Below are positions 36,948 through 50,117 of a DNA stretch of 64,000 bases, piece by piece. The number at the start of each line of letters is the position of its first letter. Within the stretch, counting starts at the first letter, position 1. Under the pieces are notes generated by a model. That model was not told the DNA's origin. It made no database searches and saw only the letters and a program-made list of their open reading frames with translations. The position numbers and the translations under genes were made by a program. Origin of the DNA: Guillardia theta CCMP2712 (taxonomy: Eukaryota; Protista; Cryptophyta); NCBI RefSeq assembly GCF_000315625.1, contig NW_005434670.1, positions 347,072 to 411,071 on the forward strand. Direction: 5' to 3'.

Positions 36948-38900
36948 CTAACCACCCGGCCGACCATTTCTCGGGCACCAGTCCAGCTCGACGGAAGGCC
37001 GTGTGAAGAGTATTCTGCCCCGCTTGCTGTCAGCTAAGAGAGGAACCCAGCATTTTATCACCTCGTAGAGCGGTGCTGGAAAGAGCGAGTCTATTCTTGC
37101 ACGAAACTCTTGAGCCCGCGACTGCTCCACCTGCTCACCGTCAGCTCTCTCCAACGTAGACTTCTGGCTCACCTGAAACCCCGTCCAGCCAAGGAAGGAA
37201 TCTGCTTGCGAGTCGCTGAAAGGAAGCGCTCTGATCAGCCCATCCGTAGCGCTGGCCCCCTAAGTCAGCCATGTTCCGCTACTCAAGCTCTCAGTACCTG
37301 AACTGAAGCTCGCGGAGGATGCATTCATGTTGACTCTTGATCTGCAGCCTCGTGCACAGGTCCACCTGCTCAGTGGTCAATTTTCTTGCACTCCTCCCGC
37401 TCCTCCCACCTGACGCTGAAAGTTTGGATCTTGAAATGCTGAGTCGTTCTGCAAACAGATTGAGGACAAGTGCAAAAAGGAGTCCTCCTTCACCTTCCTC
37501 CTGTCCTCCCAAACAGCTCGCATCCGCTTCACTGTCTCCAGCCAATGCTCCTGCCCTTGTCTCGCTTTCCTCTGCATTCTAATCATCGCCGTCCTCCATC
37601 TCCTCCTCCTCCTCCTCCTCCTCACCTGCATTTCTGGCCTATTCCTGACATGTGCTCCGCTCCCCTCTGCACGAGGCTGGGAGGGTTCGGAGTCGTTCAA
37701 ATGAGGAGGTTTTGCTTTGAGCAAGGAGCTGCTGGTCCCGTTGGCAAGAATAGGTGTGCTAGCCTTGACGCTGATGGGATGAACGACCTGAGGGGAGGAA
37801 ACAGGGATAGAAACAGCTAGTGGATGGGAGATGATGTTCTCGACTGTTGCATTGCTTCGATTTGAGGCGTAGGAGGTCGAGGTAGAGGGCGTCTCGTCTC
37901 TGTTGGACACGTGATCTATGGCCTCGTGCGATTCGTCCTTCACGTGAGTCGTATCTGGCTTCTCTTCTACTTCCTCCTTGTCGCTCTGCCACTCACAGTC
38001 ATCATCGCCAATCACATCACGCTCTGATTCCTCCGACACCTCATTCGCCTGTTGACTCCCGTCGTCGCTCCAGCCTGATCGCGTCAGCACGGACTGCTCT
38101 GAGATGACAGCGGGTATCGCGTGCACGTCTCGCTTCCTCGACGATATGTGATTAGCTGACTCGAATCCCGTGTGGTCTCGCTTCCTCGAGCTGCCTATCG
38201 GCTGCTGCCATGACAATCCCGTTCTCCCGTATTTCAATGCACGTTCATTCGTCTGCTATATCATTTCATCAGCCTTGCGCGTCAAACACAAGCGGCATAC
38301 CTCCTGCAGGTCTTCTTGCTCGATCACCTCCAGAAACGTCTCGAAGCCCTCGACTGAGCCCGACATGCTCATGGGCGCATCGATGGAGCCGTGTCGTCCT
38401 CGTAGCCCCGAGATGAGAGAGAACGAACCTTCCCCAAGTCGCGGGATGTGGGTTGGCTGCGCGTTCTCAGGTGTAGCCGAGTTGGAGTGACGATCGCGAG
38501 AGTCGAGCTCGGGGGTGCGAGGAAGGAGCGGGGTCTCAGACTGGGTGGATCCGAAGAGATTCTCATCCAGACTGCCTCCAGACAGCATCATAAGCGACGC
38601 TATGCTACCTCTACTTCTGTTCCGCATGTCCGTCACCAGACAGGCCGGCGCGTCCATCCAGTTTTCCTCAGGCTTTATGGAGGGAAGAATGTTCTGGATG
38701 GCCTGGTCGAGGTGGCGATGCTGATCTGAGCTGCTGTTCTCATGGCTGTCGAAGTTGTCAACGGAATCTTCCATCGACAGGGTGCTGAAGATCCTCGAGC
38801 TTTCCAGCGGCATCTTGGATCTGCGGAATTGTCAGCATCAGGCAGACCCCTCAGCAACCTTGATGCGGACGACCTGAAATGAGATACTTGGCGGTGTTGA
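36948..38900 (-). CDS. Multi-exon hypothetical protein, Ser/Asp/Glu-rich
   Basis: ORFs 38256-38813, 37377-38237 and 36948-37172 with splice-like junctions; no family recognised. Confidence 0.55.
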
Positions 38901-40230
38901 CGATCTCAAATATGTACAATGATCTTCGTTGTAGAACCTAGCACGAAGTGGTCACAGCAAGCAGAGCAGAGCTGGCGTTAAAAGCGCATATCATCTCAAT
39001 TCAAACAGGTTTCAAACGACGTGTTTTTCGTGTAAATCCCCGCCAAACATGACAACGAGCTCTTGATTCGCTCTGATCCACACTAAACAAAACACTCGAT
39101 CTAGACTAAAAGTAAAATGTGTTAGTTTCAATGGGTATCAAGGATCGTCACGGAACCAGATAAATACCATCCGCAAACTAGAGTATCAGATCAGCAAAGT
39201 GTTCACAATGCGACAACCTTCAATAAAACAGCTGTTTCTTTGCATATGTTTCAAACCACAGAGGACTTCGACACCTTCAGAACAACTCGCTGATCAATGA
39301 GTTCTGATGACTCGCATGCTCCCTAAATGCAGGCACAGATGGCATGTATGTATGGATGTTCATGCATATCTCGGCAACCTCTACTTCTATGTCTTTGTCT
39401 ATCTATCATGTTTGGTCGCATCTTCCTCCTCCCCCTGCCATGGCGCTTGGGTGAAGGTGCTGGTCGAGCCCCTTCTATCTTTCAGCAAAGCTTTTACGAC
39501 AAGGGTTATCTTTTGCTTTCAATTTACATTTCCAGCTTCATCAATTTTCCTTCTTACCCAGAATTTGGAGAAGCAATTTTCATAATTTCATGTAATTACT
39601 GAAACTTTTGATCGAAGAATCGAAATCGTTGAACCCCCTTTCTAGATTCATTTTTCCATCCTTGTATGGTGCGACAAGGACCCCGTAGGTTTCCTTTCAT
39701 CGCACCGGTCGTGCAACTGTAAAAACTGTGATTTAAAAGTATTTTACTGTACGTTTTAAAATTTAGGGGAAGCTAAAAACTCAACGATCTGTTGAGATTA
39801 TTTCTCAGAAAGAGGAGATAAAACTCTTTTTGTACGTCATCGAGAAAATAAAGCATAAATATGTTTTAAAACTTTTATTAAATGAACTCCTGAATTTAAA
39901 GAATATTTTAAACAGTTTTAAAATATCAAGATCCGGCTGTATATCTTACAGCTGCTCACCCTCCTGTTTGACCAGGCACGCGCTCAATTCAGTGAGGGGT
40001 GGTCACATGACGGGTGGGGCCTGGCGGGAGGCATCACTCCGTGACTCACAGGCAGGAAACTTGAAAAAGGCGGCCCGGGGTCGGTACCGTACGGTCGCGT
40101 GGCACTGCAGTCACGGCGCGGCAGCGGCGGGCCCCGGCGGGCCCCGGCTCAGCTGACAGTGAACTTCGGAAGCGGCCCGGGCTGTGAGGCTCGGAACTTC
40201 GGAACTCCGAAGGCTTGCCGCTGAGTTGGC

Positions 40231-40420
40231 CGGGCAGGATGCCATGATGGGGTTTGGTTCTCGCCGCAGGCTGTCCGATCTTTTCTCTTCTCGCCGTTTG
40301 GCCAGTGCGACAGTGTCAGTGTCCTCGTACCCGGGCCCCCCCGGTACTTATTTTTAACTTAACTTTGACGGTAAAGGTCAAGCCGCTCTTCGACCGTCCC
40401 CCCAGGCTCCCGGTCCTGAT
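40231..40420 (+). repeat. Degenerate, permuted copy of the 236-bp insertion element
   Basis: Shares GGTTTGGTTCTCGC, TTTTCTCTTCTCGCCGTTTG, GCGACAGTGTCAG and TTTTTAACTTAACTTTGA with 6186-6319. Confidence 0.8.
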
Positions 40421-41677
40421 GTCCGGCCGCCGGGCCGCCGCCGGGGCCTCAGCGGCCTAGCCTGACCGACCGAAGTTCCGATTCGTCCGGACGGGAGTCC
40501 CGGGCCCGGATGCCAGCCTCCCCGGTCCCCCGGGAGCGGCCGCGGTTGCACGGCCCGGCCCGGCCCGGCCTGCGGCGCGGCACTGACCGACAGTGTTAGT
40601 ATCGGCCCTCGGCTCGGATGATCAAGTCAACCGGGCCCCCCGGAATTCAGGCTAGGAAAACTTCGGAAACTAGTAATTTCTTATTCAACGTCGGACTAGA
40701 TTTCTTATTGACAGGCCCTGAGCATTGAAACAAAGGAGCCTGGGGGAGGATAAAGCCTACAAACTTGAAACCTGCCTCAATGAAATACTAGAAAACGAAG
40801 GAGGCAGCGGCGAAAAGTAGTGCCGGCGAGAGGCTCATCGGAAGTTTAGCTAGTAAACTGTCGTTTAGCTGTTATCATTAGCTGATAAACTTGGTGAACT
40901 GGACTACTGACTACCCCCCCCCCCTCTCGGAGGCTCTTCCCCTCACATGACAGGACGAGGGACCCGTACTCCTCTATCGGCAGTAACTTGATCTAAAACG
41001 GGAACGAAAGAATCAGACTCTCATTAACGCCGCCATGTTTGCTGTCCTTCACGAAACCTTCGGTCACATGCTGGGCAACTGGAAGGAAGAGGTGAGCTAC
41101 AAAGCGCAAGACTATTGTGTCTAGATCCTGCAGTTCCTCTTGAAGTCACGTGCTTCAAGTTCATCTTTCACATCGAGTTGCCCTGAACTTCACGTCGCTA
41201 CCTAATACGTGTATTGCGGCTTCCGGGTCCTGCGAGGCAAGAGGACCGTAACTGATGCACCGTGATATCATCATCACAGAGTTGTCACTCTAACTCTCTC
41301 TGTTGTGCGTTTATTGCTGCCTGCCATGTGTGAATGTTTGATTTGACGTGACATCAATAACCTGGCACCATGATTTTTCCTGAATGCGATGCAATCGTAT
41401 GAGGAGAACTTGAATGCATGTATTACACTTTTGAACTTAACCGATGTATCGAAATCAGATCAACAATGGAAAGGATACTATGTTTAATCAACGCAAGATT
41501 ATCGTGAAGGTTGACACTATCACTAAGTAACTTATCAATTGGAATCTTGCCGTTATCTGACTCATCGAAAGGGCCGAAGGCGTCAACAGCATCGGGGAGT
41601 TTGAGAGCTAGATGGCAGACTTCATTTCACGTTTGTCCGGCTGATAGTAAAGATAGTGCAATGACCATCAGCATTGT

Positions 41678-42990
41678 CTATAGAATTCGACTACCCATGG
41701 CAGAGTCTATCAAGGCCAAAGCCATCTCAACAGTCTCCTTGTTCTCTGACTCGCTGCCCAACCCAGGATTTACTTCCACCTGCTACAGCGTCACAAGGAC
41801 GAATGAATCAGCTACTGTACCATGTCAAGTGATCCAAGTTGTCCCGTGCCTGAGACGGCTTCGACTAGATAATGGGCCTCACGAAAAGTAAGGCCTCCTC
41901 GCACTGCTGTGCCAGTGCTTGGTGCATGTAAGGGATCGACAGCATCTGTTGTGACATTAGAAAAGAGACAGAGAAATGAATCCATGAGAGAGCAAAGATT
42001 TCTCCAGACCAATGTCGTAGCTGCAATGCAACGGTCGGCCATAAAGTTGATCAAAAGTTCGTTCCATTACACCAGCGATTCCTGAAACCGTCATTAGCAA
42101 CAGCACCTGGTTAAAATCGAATAGATTCGATGGCTCACCATATCTGTCTACATGTTGCATCGTGAAGCAAGTTATACCAAGATCCTTCAAAATTTTCCTT
42201 TCGGCTAGGCTCCTCAGATGAAAAAAACTGGAGACATGGGTGATACCTGGATCGACGTCTCGGAGACCGATGTATACTAATTGTGCAGGGTGCAGCGGTG
42301 GAGTGCTTTCAAGCCAATCCCATCCAGGAAATAGCGTTGGTTCAACGAGTCTTGTCAGGAACGCAACTGGCATACCATGCATATTGCCCGACGTGCTCAG
42401 CTCGGGAGTGTTAATGTCTGCATGTGCATCCACCCAGATTACTCCCGTATTTGGACGGGCCTTCAAGATCCCTGCGACCGTTCCTGCTCCGATGCTGTGA
42501 TCTCCACCCAAAGTAAGAGCAAAATTCCCTTCACTTGCAGCATAAAAAGTGAGCTCATGCACAGCTTGGCACACTTTTCCAACATTGTAACAATTCTTGG
42601 TCTTTCCGGACAACAGCGAGTCCGGCTTCGGATCATTCTCATGTGGAGGATCGATGGCAATGTCACCGTTATCGCGTACTGTCCAACCCAACTCCTCGAG
42701 CTCTCCTCTCAATCCAAATTTTCGAAGCATTTGGGGACCATAATCAGTACCATGATTTGGCTGCCCATAGACCATTGGCACCCCAAAGACTGAGCATGTC
42801 TTAGGGGACTTGAGGAATGAAGGAAATGGAATATCTGCTGGATGAACTTGACGAAAGACCCTTTGAGTGTAAGACCTCGACGATGGACTGTTGATCAAAT
42901 ACTTCTTCATCTAGTAAGCAAACATCATTCATTCGTGCTTATTTGCATGACATGTCTTCACCTTGCTAGGATTGCAAAAGTACACCATGT
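41678..42990 (-). CDS. Arginase (ureohydrolase family), multi-exon
   Basis: GGDHSIG, WVDAHADIN, SGNMHGMP, IGLRDVD, SYDI(D), APSTGTAVRGGLTFRE, EVNP. Confidence 0.95.
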
Positions 42991-43410
42991 TCTGACATGC
43001 TTTTGTATGATAAACATTCTTCATCCTGGGGAAATTTATCAGTAGATGTTATTATGAATCTTTGGGTGAACTTGACAATCAAGAAGAAAAGTCGAAACGA
43101 ATTCGACAAGGGAAAATGTGACAGTGGCAAGAGCAAGTAGTATCGTGTTTCGATAGCTCATATCTCCATCATGTTTACATAGCTCATAGTAGAATCATGT
43201 TTACATAGCTCATATCCCAGGGATCATCCTAAGCGACACACACGAGATTCAGCTCCTCTCCCTCATCATCATTTTTCAGCGCTGTTGCAGAGTTTGTTTG
43301 CAGGCACTTGAACTCTGAGGCGTGCTAAGTCCGACTGTCTCTAGTCGGCCGCGCGGCCCGGGGGCTGGCCCGGGGCCCGGGGGCGATGGCCCGCGCATCA
43401 GGAGTGAGAA

Positions 43411-46400
43411 ATGCGATGGAGGGTTGGATCGCTGGCAGCTGTCATGGTGGCGTCGAGCCTCGTAGGCGAAGCGACTTGGGAGAGAGAGTCGAGCAGACGA
43501 GCAGCCCCATCATGCGCGGTCTCCTTCAACTCGATCCTCTGCTCCAGGGTCTCACTTGGCTCCCTCAAGCTTCGAGGTGGCGGAGGCGGGGCACGAGAAG
43601 TCAAGACGAAGGCTACCAAGAAGAAGAAGCAAAAGGAAGAGGAACAGCCCGTCATGCAGACCAAGGCGAGTGCTGTGGATGGCTTATCCCGCGCACAGAA
43701 AAGAGCAGCCAAGGAGGCTGCGAAGGAGCAAAGACGAACCGGCTTGACACGAAACCAGAGGTATGTGAGCTACAACGCCCTTTGATACTATGATGGATCT
43801 CATTCTTTCTACAGAGAAGATAGTGAAAGCGATGGCAATGACCCGATCCGCAAGTTGCAAGAGCTCAAAGACAAGAGAAAGGTGAACAAACTGAAGGCAC
43901 AAGCTTCTTTCGATGGCTTCCTGGAAGCAGAACCCCCTCAACCAGATGACAAGAGAAAGAAAGCAACTCAGATTGACGATCAAGATGCAGGCAAGGCAAG
44001 AATGTCCCATCAACATATCAAATCGCAATCCTGCTCGGCTGGGAAGGAAGGAGACAATCGCGGTAAAACTGGTTTGCAAGGAGGGGATCGACAAGTAGGG
44101 CAGTTGTTGGAGGGTTGTCAGTTGGAGGAATGGAAATCTACTTTTGCCAAGGAGAAGATAACGTATGAGACTCTGTTTGACCTCAACAACCAAGATCTCG
44201 TCGATCTCGGCCTGGCGTTGGGCGAGAGGAAGCGGCTCCTCAAGGCCATCAGCCAAGCAAAAAGCAGCTCGGCAACGCCAGAAACAGAGCAGGGCTTAAT
44301 GGCAGCGTCACAGGAGGGGAAGGGATCTGAGATTAAAACAAATCCGAAAACCATGGGACAGAACCGTCAGATGCGAGGTGACGTGGATGAGGAACACAGT
44401 CAACCGCCTGATGTAGAGGACTGTCAAAATCTTCTCGCCGATGTGAGGCTGGGAGGAGAGAGAGATGAAGGTAAGGGAGGGAAGGCTCTGCTCGCCGCTT
44501 ACTATGAGCCTGACGTCGATGAAGAGATAAAAGGTAGGAAGCGGCAGGAGCGCAGGAAGAAACCAGAGGCGGAGAAAAACCTGAAGGCTGGTGAGCATTA
44601 CAGCGCTTTGGAGTGCTGGGTATCCTTGTGACCCTCAAGTCAGAAGTTGCAGATGGAAGAGAAGAAAAAGTTGAGAGAAGACTTGCTGATGACCTGCTGG
44701 ACTCCCTCGTAAGCTCGCGGTTGATACTCGCGCTTGTCATGTTTTCATGCTCCCAGGCAAAGAAGCAAACAGAAGTTGAAGAAGGTGAAGAAGAGGAGGA
44801 GGAGGAGGAAGAAGGCAAAGACTTATGTGAAGCAAGGTAAGGAGGAGGGAGAGAAGAAATTGAAGTGAAAACCTTTCAGTCCTGTGATCGGAGGAGCGAT
44901 GCAACTTGAAAATTTCGCATTGACGCAGCGGGGATCGAGCGTAGAAGGAGGAACAGAGAGCATGAGCAAGGACATCAGTGTCTCTGGTTTTTCGATCAGC
45001 GTTGGAGGAAAAATTTTGCTGGAGGATGCAGAGCTTCTGATATCTGCGGGAAACCGATACGGTCTGGTGGGTCCCAACGGGCAAGGCAAGTCGACGCTCC
45101 TCATGCACATCGCCAAGAAAGCGATCGCGATCCCCCGGCACATCGACATCCTGATGGTGGAGCAGGAGATCTCAGCGAGCAGCAAGACTCCCCTACAGCT
45201 TGTGCTCGAGGCCGATGTCCAGCGGGATGTGCTGCTGCGAGAGCGAGACCAGCTGGAAAAGCAGCTGGCGAGGAGCTTCGACATGAAGAAGCAAGAGAGG
45301 CTGCAGGAGGTCTACTCCAACCTCAACGCCATGCGCGCTGACGCCGCTGAGAGCGCTGCGAGACGCATCCTGCTGGGATTGGGATTCCCCATGGCGTGGC
45401 ACGAGAGACCATCGTCCTCCTTCTCTGGGGGTTGGAGGATGAGAATCTCCCTCGCCCGCGCCCTCTTCATCCGCCCAACTCTTCTCCTCCTCGACGAGCC
45501 GACGAATCACCTTGACCTCAATGCGGTGCTTTGGCTGGACGACTACTTGAGAGGATGGGAAAAGACTCTCATCGTGGTCTCACATGACGTGGAGTTCCTC
45601 AACTCCGTCTGCACTCACACCATCCACCTGCACGAGCGCAAGCTCTACTACTACCGAGGAGGATACGACTCTTTCCGCTCGCAATTCGAAGCCAAGCAGA
45701 CGGAGAGAACGCGAGCGTGGGAGAAGCAGCAAAAGACTCTCCGAGCCCTCAAGGCGTCTGGCAAGAGCAGAGCGCAGGCCGCGGAGACTCTGGCTAAGAA
45801 GGGGGGGAAGGGAGCTGAGAAAAGCAAGAAGGGGGGCAAGGGAGGCAAGGAAGAGGAGCAGAAGCAACCTGTGATCCTCTCGAAGCCCAAGGAGTATGAA
45901 GTTCGATTCCACCTCCCCGAGCCTCCCGAGCTCTCCCCTCCCTATCTGCAGCTCTGCGACGTGAGCTTCTCCTACGAGCAAGGGCCTCACGTCCTCACCA
46001 ACGTCAACCTCGGCCTCTGGCCCGACTCTCGCGTCGCAATCGTCGGGGCCAACGGCTGCGGAAAGTCGACGCTGCTTCGGCTCATGCTGGGTGAGCTGAC
46101 CCCCAGTAAGGGGGAGGTGAGGCAGAACCCGAAGCTGCGAGTCGGGAGGTACAGCCAGCACTTCGTGGACGTGCTGCCGCTGGAGCAGACGGCAGTGGAG
46201 CATCTACAGGCGCTGGCAGCATCGCACGGGAACTCGATGCTAGAGGGAGTTCAAAAGTGCCGGCAGCAGCTGGGGCGATACGGGCTTGAGAGCAGAGCAC
46301 ACGTGATCGGGCTGAAGCATCTGTCCGGGGGTCAGAAGGCTCGAGTCGTGCTCGCCTCCCTCGCGGCGTCTGTGCCGCACGTGCTGCTATTGGACGAGCC

Positions 46401-46821
46401 GACAAACCACCTGGACATCGAGAGCATTGAGGCGCTGGGAGATGCGCTGCTGGACTTCAAGGTGAGACAGCTGAAGACAGACGGGGAGGCGAAGAGAGCG
46501 GAAGAGATAAGGATAGAGGAGGGCGGAGGGATTAGAGGAGGGCAGAGGGATCAGAGGAGGGCGGAGGGATCAGAGGAGGGCGGAGGGATCAGAGGAGGGC
46601 GGAGGGATCAGAGGAGGCTGCTAACGAGGTCTCAGGGGGCAGTAGTGCTCGTCAGTCATGATGCGCGGCTGATCCGTCGAGCCATCAGCAGCAGCAGCAA
46701 GGGAGAGATCTGGGTGGTGGGAGACGGGAAAGTGACGCCTTTCCTCGGGGACATGGACGACTACCAGCAGTTGGTGCTGACGCAGATGGAGAAGATGATG
46801 GAGGGATGCGATACCAGGTGA
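43411..46821 (+). CDS. ABC-F family ATPase (ABCF1/GCN20-like) with a signal plus LRGG leader and a SAM domain, multi-exon
   Basis: Two NBDs (GPNGQGKST/FSGGW/LLDEPTNHLD and GANGCGKST/LSGGQ/LLDEPTNHLD), no TM domain; SAM-like LEEWKSTFAKEKITYETLFDLNNQDLVDLGLALGERKRLLKAI. Confidence 0.9.
46510..46620. repeat. 19-bp minisatellite (GATCAGAGGAGGGCGGAGG-like) inside an ABCF intron
   Basis: Directly visible between AAG|gtgag (~46462) and cag|GGG (~46635). Confidence 0.8.
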
Positions 46822-46899
46822 GCCGAAGAGACTGAGAGGTCACGTGACTTGCAGCGGCAGGGGCATGAAGCTGCAGGCAGTCGAGGGAGCGACTACGAC

Positions 46900-46968
46900 A
46901 GAAGCGCTTCCAAGCAAGAAGGGAAGGATGAGAGCAGTCTCCAATAGCAAAAGACAAGATGAAGAAGC

Positions 46969-47049
<81 letters not shown>

Positions 47050-49834
47050 AAAGGAGGGGGAGGGGGAGGGGGAGGGGTAGGAGGAAGACTGAAAGTTTTT
47101 GGCGGGCGAGGGATGGAAGGCCAGATAAGAAAAGGATATGGAGCATCAGGCGTGAGGAGGCGTCCGTGGCACCTTGAATCTTCCCTCGAAAGCTGTCCTC
47201 AACTCCTCGACTGAGATGCTCTGGGATGATAGTCAGGGGGAGGTGGTTGAGGTGGAGATATACCTGCAGGGAAGGGTTCTTCTCTCTCGCTCGCTGCTGA
47301 ATCTTATCAAGATTGTCCTGCGTTGGTGTCCTGATCCTCCTCGCTCCTCGCTCCTCCAACTCCTTCTTTTCCGAAGTCTCTTCCAGCTGCGTAACATCTC
47401 ACAGAGAGCTCCTGAACGCACAAGCAGCTTCCCCTCCATCACCTGCTGGTCCTTCCAGCTGCGTTGCGTCGCTTCCTTCTCCTCGAGCACGCTTTCTTGC
47501 TCCTCCTCCAGCTGAGCAGAGGAAGAAGAGGCTGGGGCAGCACCCCCTGCCCTGCTCGGCAGCTCAGCCTCAACAGCACCCCCTGCCCTGCTCGGCTGCT
47601 CAGCCTCAACAGCATGCAGTTGCAAGGCAGCCGTTGACTTGCGGAAACGTAGGTAGAGAAACTCAGCTCCCTCCCCCTCGTTACTCGCAGGCAAGATATC
47701 CTCTACATCCTCTCTCGTCTCTGCGAAAAGAAAGGGTCTTGCTTGCTCCTGGCCCTCGCCTTCCTCCTCCGACTCCTCGGACTCGAGCTCCTGCTCCTCA
47801 GCGGCTTGTGTGACTTCGTCGCGACGGAGGTGCAGGAGGATCATCTGGATCTGCGAGGACAGTCTCAGGTAGCCTTGTGCGCGATTCAGCTCCACGAGTG
47901 CGAGGAGAATCTCTAGGAGCCCCATCGTCTCTGCCGCCTCGAGGAACGACTTGTCCTTAAGGGACGCGTAGAGGACTCCATGCACGCACTCCCGCACTGC
48001 CGGGTCATCATGCTCAAGCAGGTCGACGAGGATGGGCAAGACAAACTTGCGACGGAGAGCAAGAGAGGCTCGTCCTTGCGGGGTCTGCGATAGGTTCAGC
48101 AAGAACCCGCAGGCGTAGCGGGCAAGCGAGTCTGAAAGCTTGTCGGGGTGGAGGAGGAGGTTGAGGCACCAGTCCATCATCTTTCTCCTCTCTGCCTCTT
48201 CTCGCACGATTCTCCTTCTCGAGCACTTCTGCGTGAAGCCCAGCAGGTGCAGCATTGTACGGCCTTGGTTAGAAGAATCTTGAAGTGCTGCCAATACCAG
48301 CTGCACTCCAGCTGCCCCCATCCCCAGCAGGTAGGATCGTCCAGCTGAGAATGACGCGAGGGTGTCCAGAAACCTTGCGGTCTGCTGGCGCAGCGACGCC
48401 TCAGACGAGCACAAGCAGCTCTCGAGCGTCCGTGTCCCCTCCTGCAGCCCCAGCAGGTCCCCCTGCACGTACTCCAGCACCACCTCCCGCTGCTGCCCCC
48501 TGGTCCTGCGCCAGCAGCGCGTCAGCAGCCCGTGACACAAGAGGAGCAGACCTGCGAGTGACGCGCCATCGCAGCGCCTGCAGCAGCCGAGCCTTCAAGG
48601 CCTCCTGTCTCCCTGCCAGCATCGCCCTCATTCCCTGCAGGCTCAAAGGAAAATCTCTAGCGCCATCGATTCGCAAGAGAGCAGCGGCTCTCCTCTCTCG
48701 CTCTGCTTCTTGTCCACCTCGATCCTCCGCTTCTTGTCTGCCTCCTGCGGGATCCTCCTCCTCAAAGTCCGACTGGAGCGCCAGTGAGATCAGGTTTAGC
48801 AGGTCTCGCAACGCGCTCTCCTGCATTGCAGAGCCGCTGGTCGTCATCGCCTCGACACGCTGCCTCACCTGCAGCAGCAGCGATCGCATCCTCTCTACCA
48901 CCCGCTGCTCCTGCCGCCCAGCAGGTCTACCAGAAGGTCCATCGGATGACACGCGATAGATCTGAGGCAAGAGCGGTGCGCGCAAGCTGTTCTTGAGGAA
49001 GGAGGCCAGAGAGGAGCGAGTGTTGTCAATCCAAGCTCGTTCAAAGTAGATCCCAAGCTCGCGCGACTGCCATGGCGCCTTCAGCACAGGAAGAGCGCAG
49101 ACATGCGCATAGTTGAGCTCCGCGAGAGTGTCTCGCCCTCTTCCCTCCACGTACAGCTGCAGGGCCGATAACGGGTCTTGGCTCCCAGCATGGAAACTAC
49201 TTCTCCTTGCTTTCTGCGCTTGGAGGTGTTGAGCTGCGAAGTGAACGTGCAGATCTAGTTCAAGCTTGCGAGAAGAAATGTGTGACTTGACGAGTTGCTG
49301 TGGGATGCACTTCTCCCAGAAGTTCCAGAAGCGGTTGAACCCTCCATCATCGAAGTCCTGCAGCATCTTCCCCATCACTCGCTCTCTCCAGGCCGGACCG
49401 TTCTCCTCCAGCAGCAACGCATTCTCCTGCATCAAGGGTATCTCCTCTTGCAAGCTGCGTAGAGTTGCATGGAGACCATGAAAATGAAGGAAGCCCTCCA
49501 CGAGCTGTCTTGTTGAGAGCGCTCCTTCATCTTCTCGCTCTGATGTCACTGGTGCCTTGTCAATTGCCTCATGCCCATACGGCTCCCTGCTATCCTCAGC
49601 TGCAAGCTCAGCTGTAGGCACCTCTCCTTCTTGCCCTCTTCTACTTTCTGTATCGGTGTGTTCGCGTTCTCGAGATTCATCGAAATGCTGCTCTCCACTT
49701 GTGTCGTCGTAGGAATCATGATCATCATGATCTCCTTGTCGATGTACTGGGTCGTTGTCAGTGTTTGCATCTGCATCGTCTGCATTGATTTCATCGTCTT
49801 GCTCCCTCTCCTCTCCCAAGTCGTCTTCGTACAT
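46900..49834 (-). CDS. ARMC9: LisH-domain and armadillo-repeat ciliary protein ARMC9-like; 3' end approximate
   Basis: LisH-like RQLVEGFLHFHGLHATLRSLQEE; LELDLHVHFA, LQALRWRVT, RQQTARFLDTLAS, LGFTQKCSRR. Confidence 0.8.
46970..47047. repeat. (GACGAG)n microsatellite
   Basis: Directly visible. Confidence 0.95.
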
Positions 49835-50117
49835 GGTGAAGCCGTTGAGAGAAAAAAATACACCGTAAAACCCCGAGGTCACCACAAACTGGGAGAAGGG
49901 GAGAGGGGAGTAGGGGAGGAACATGAGGAGGAGATGGAAGGAGGGGAGGGGGAGAGGAGGGGAGGGGGAGAGGAGGGGGAGAGGAGGAGCAGTGGGACAT
50001 GGGCTTGACTCAAGTTTTCGCTCTCTTCACAGGCTTCTCCTTGAACGTTGTTACATCGCTTTGCAGGTGGTAGTAGCCTTGGGGATACATGTGCGGAATA
50101 GTTCTTCACCGCCATGT

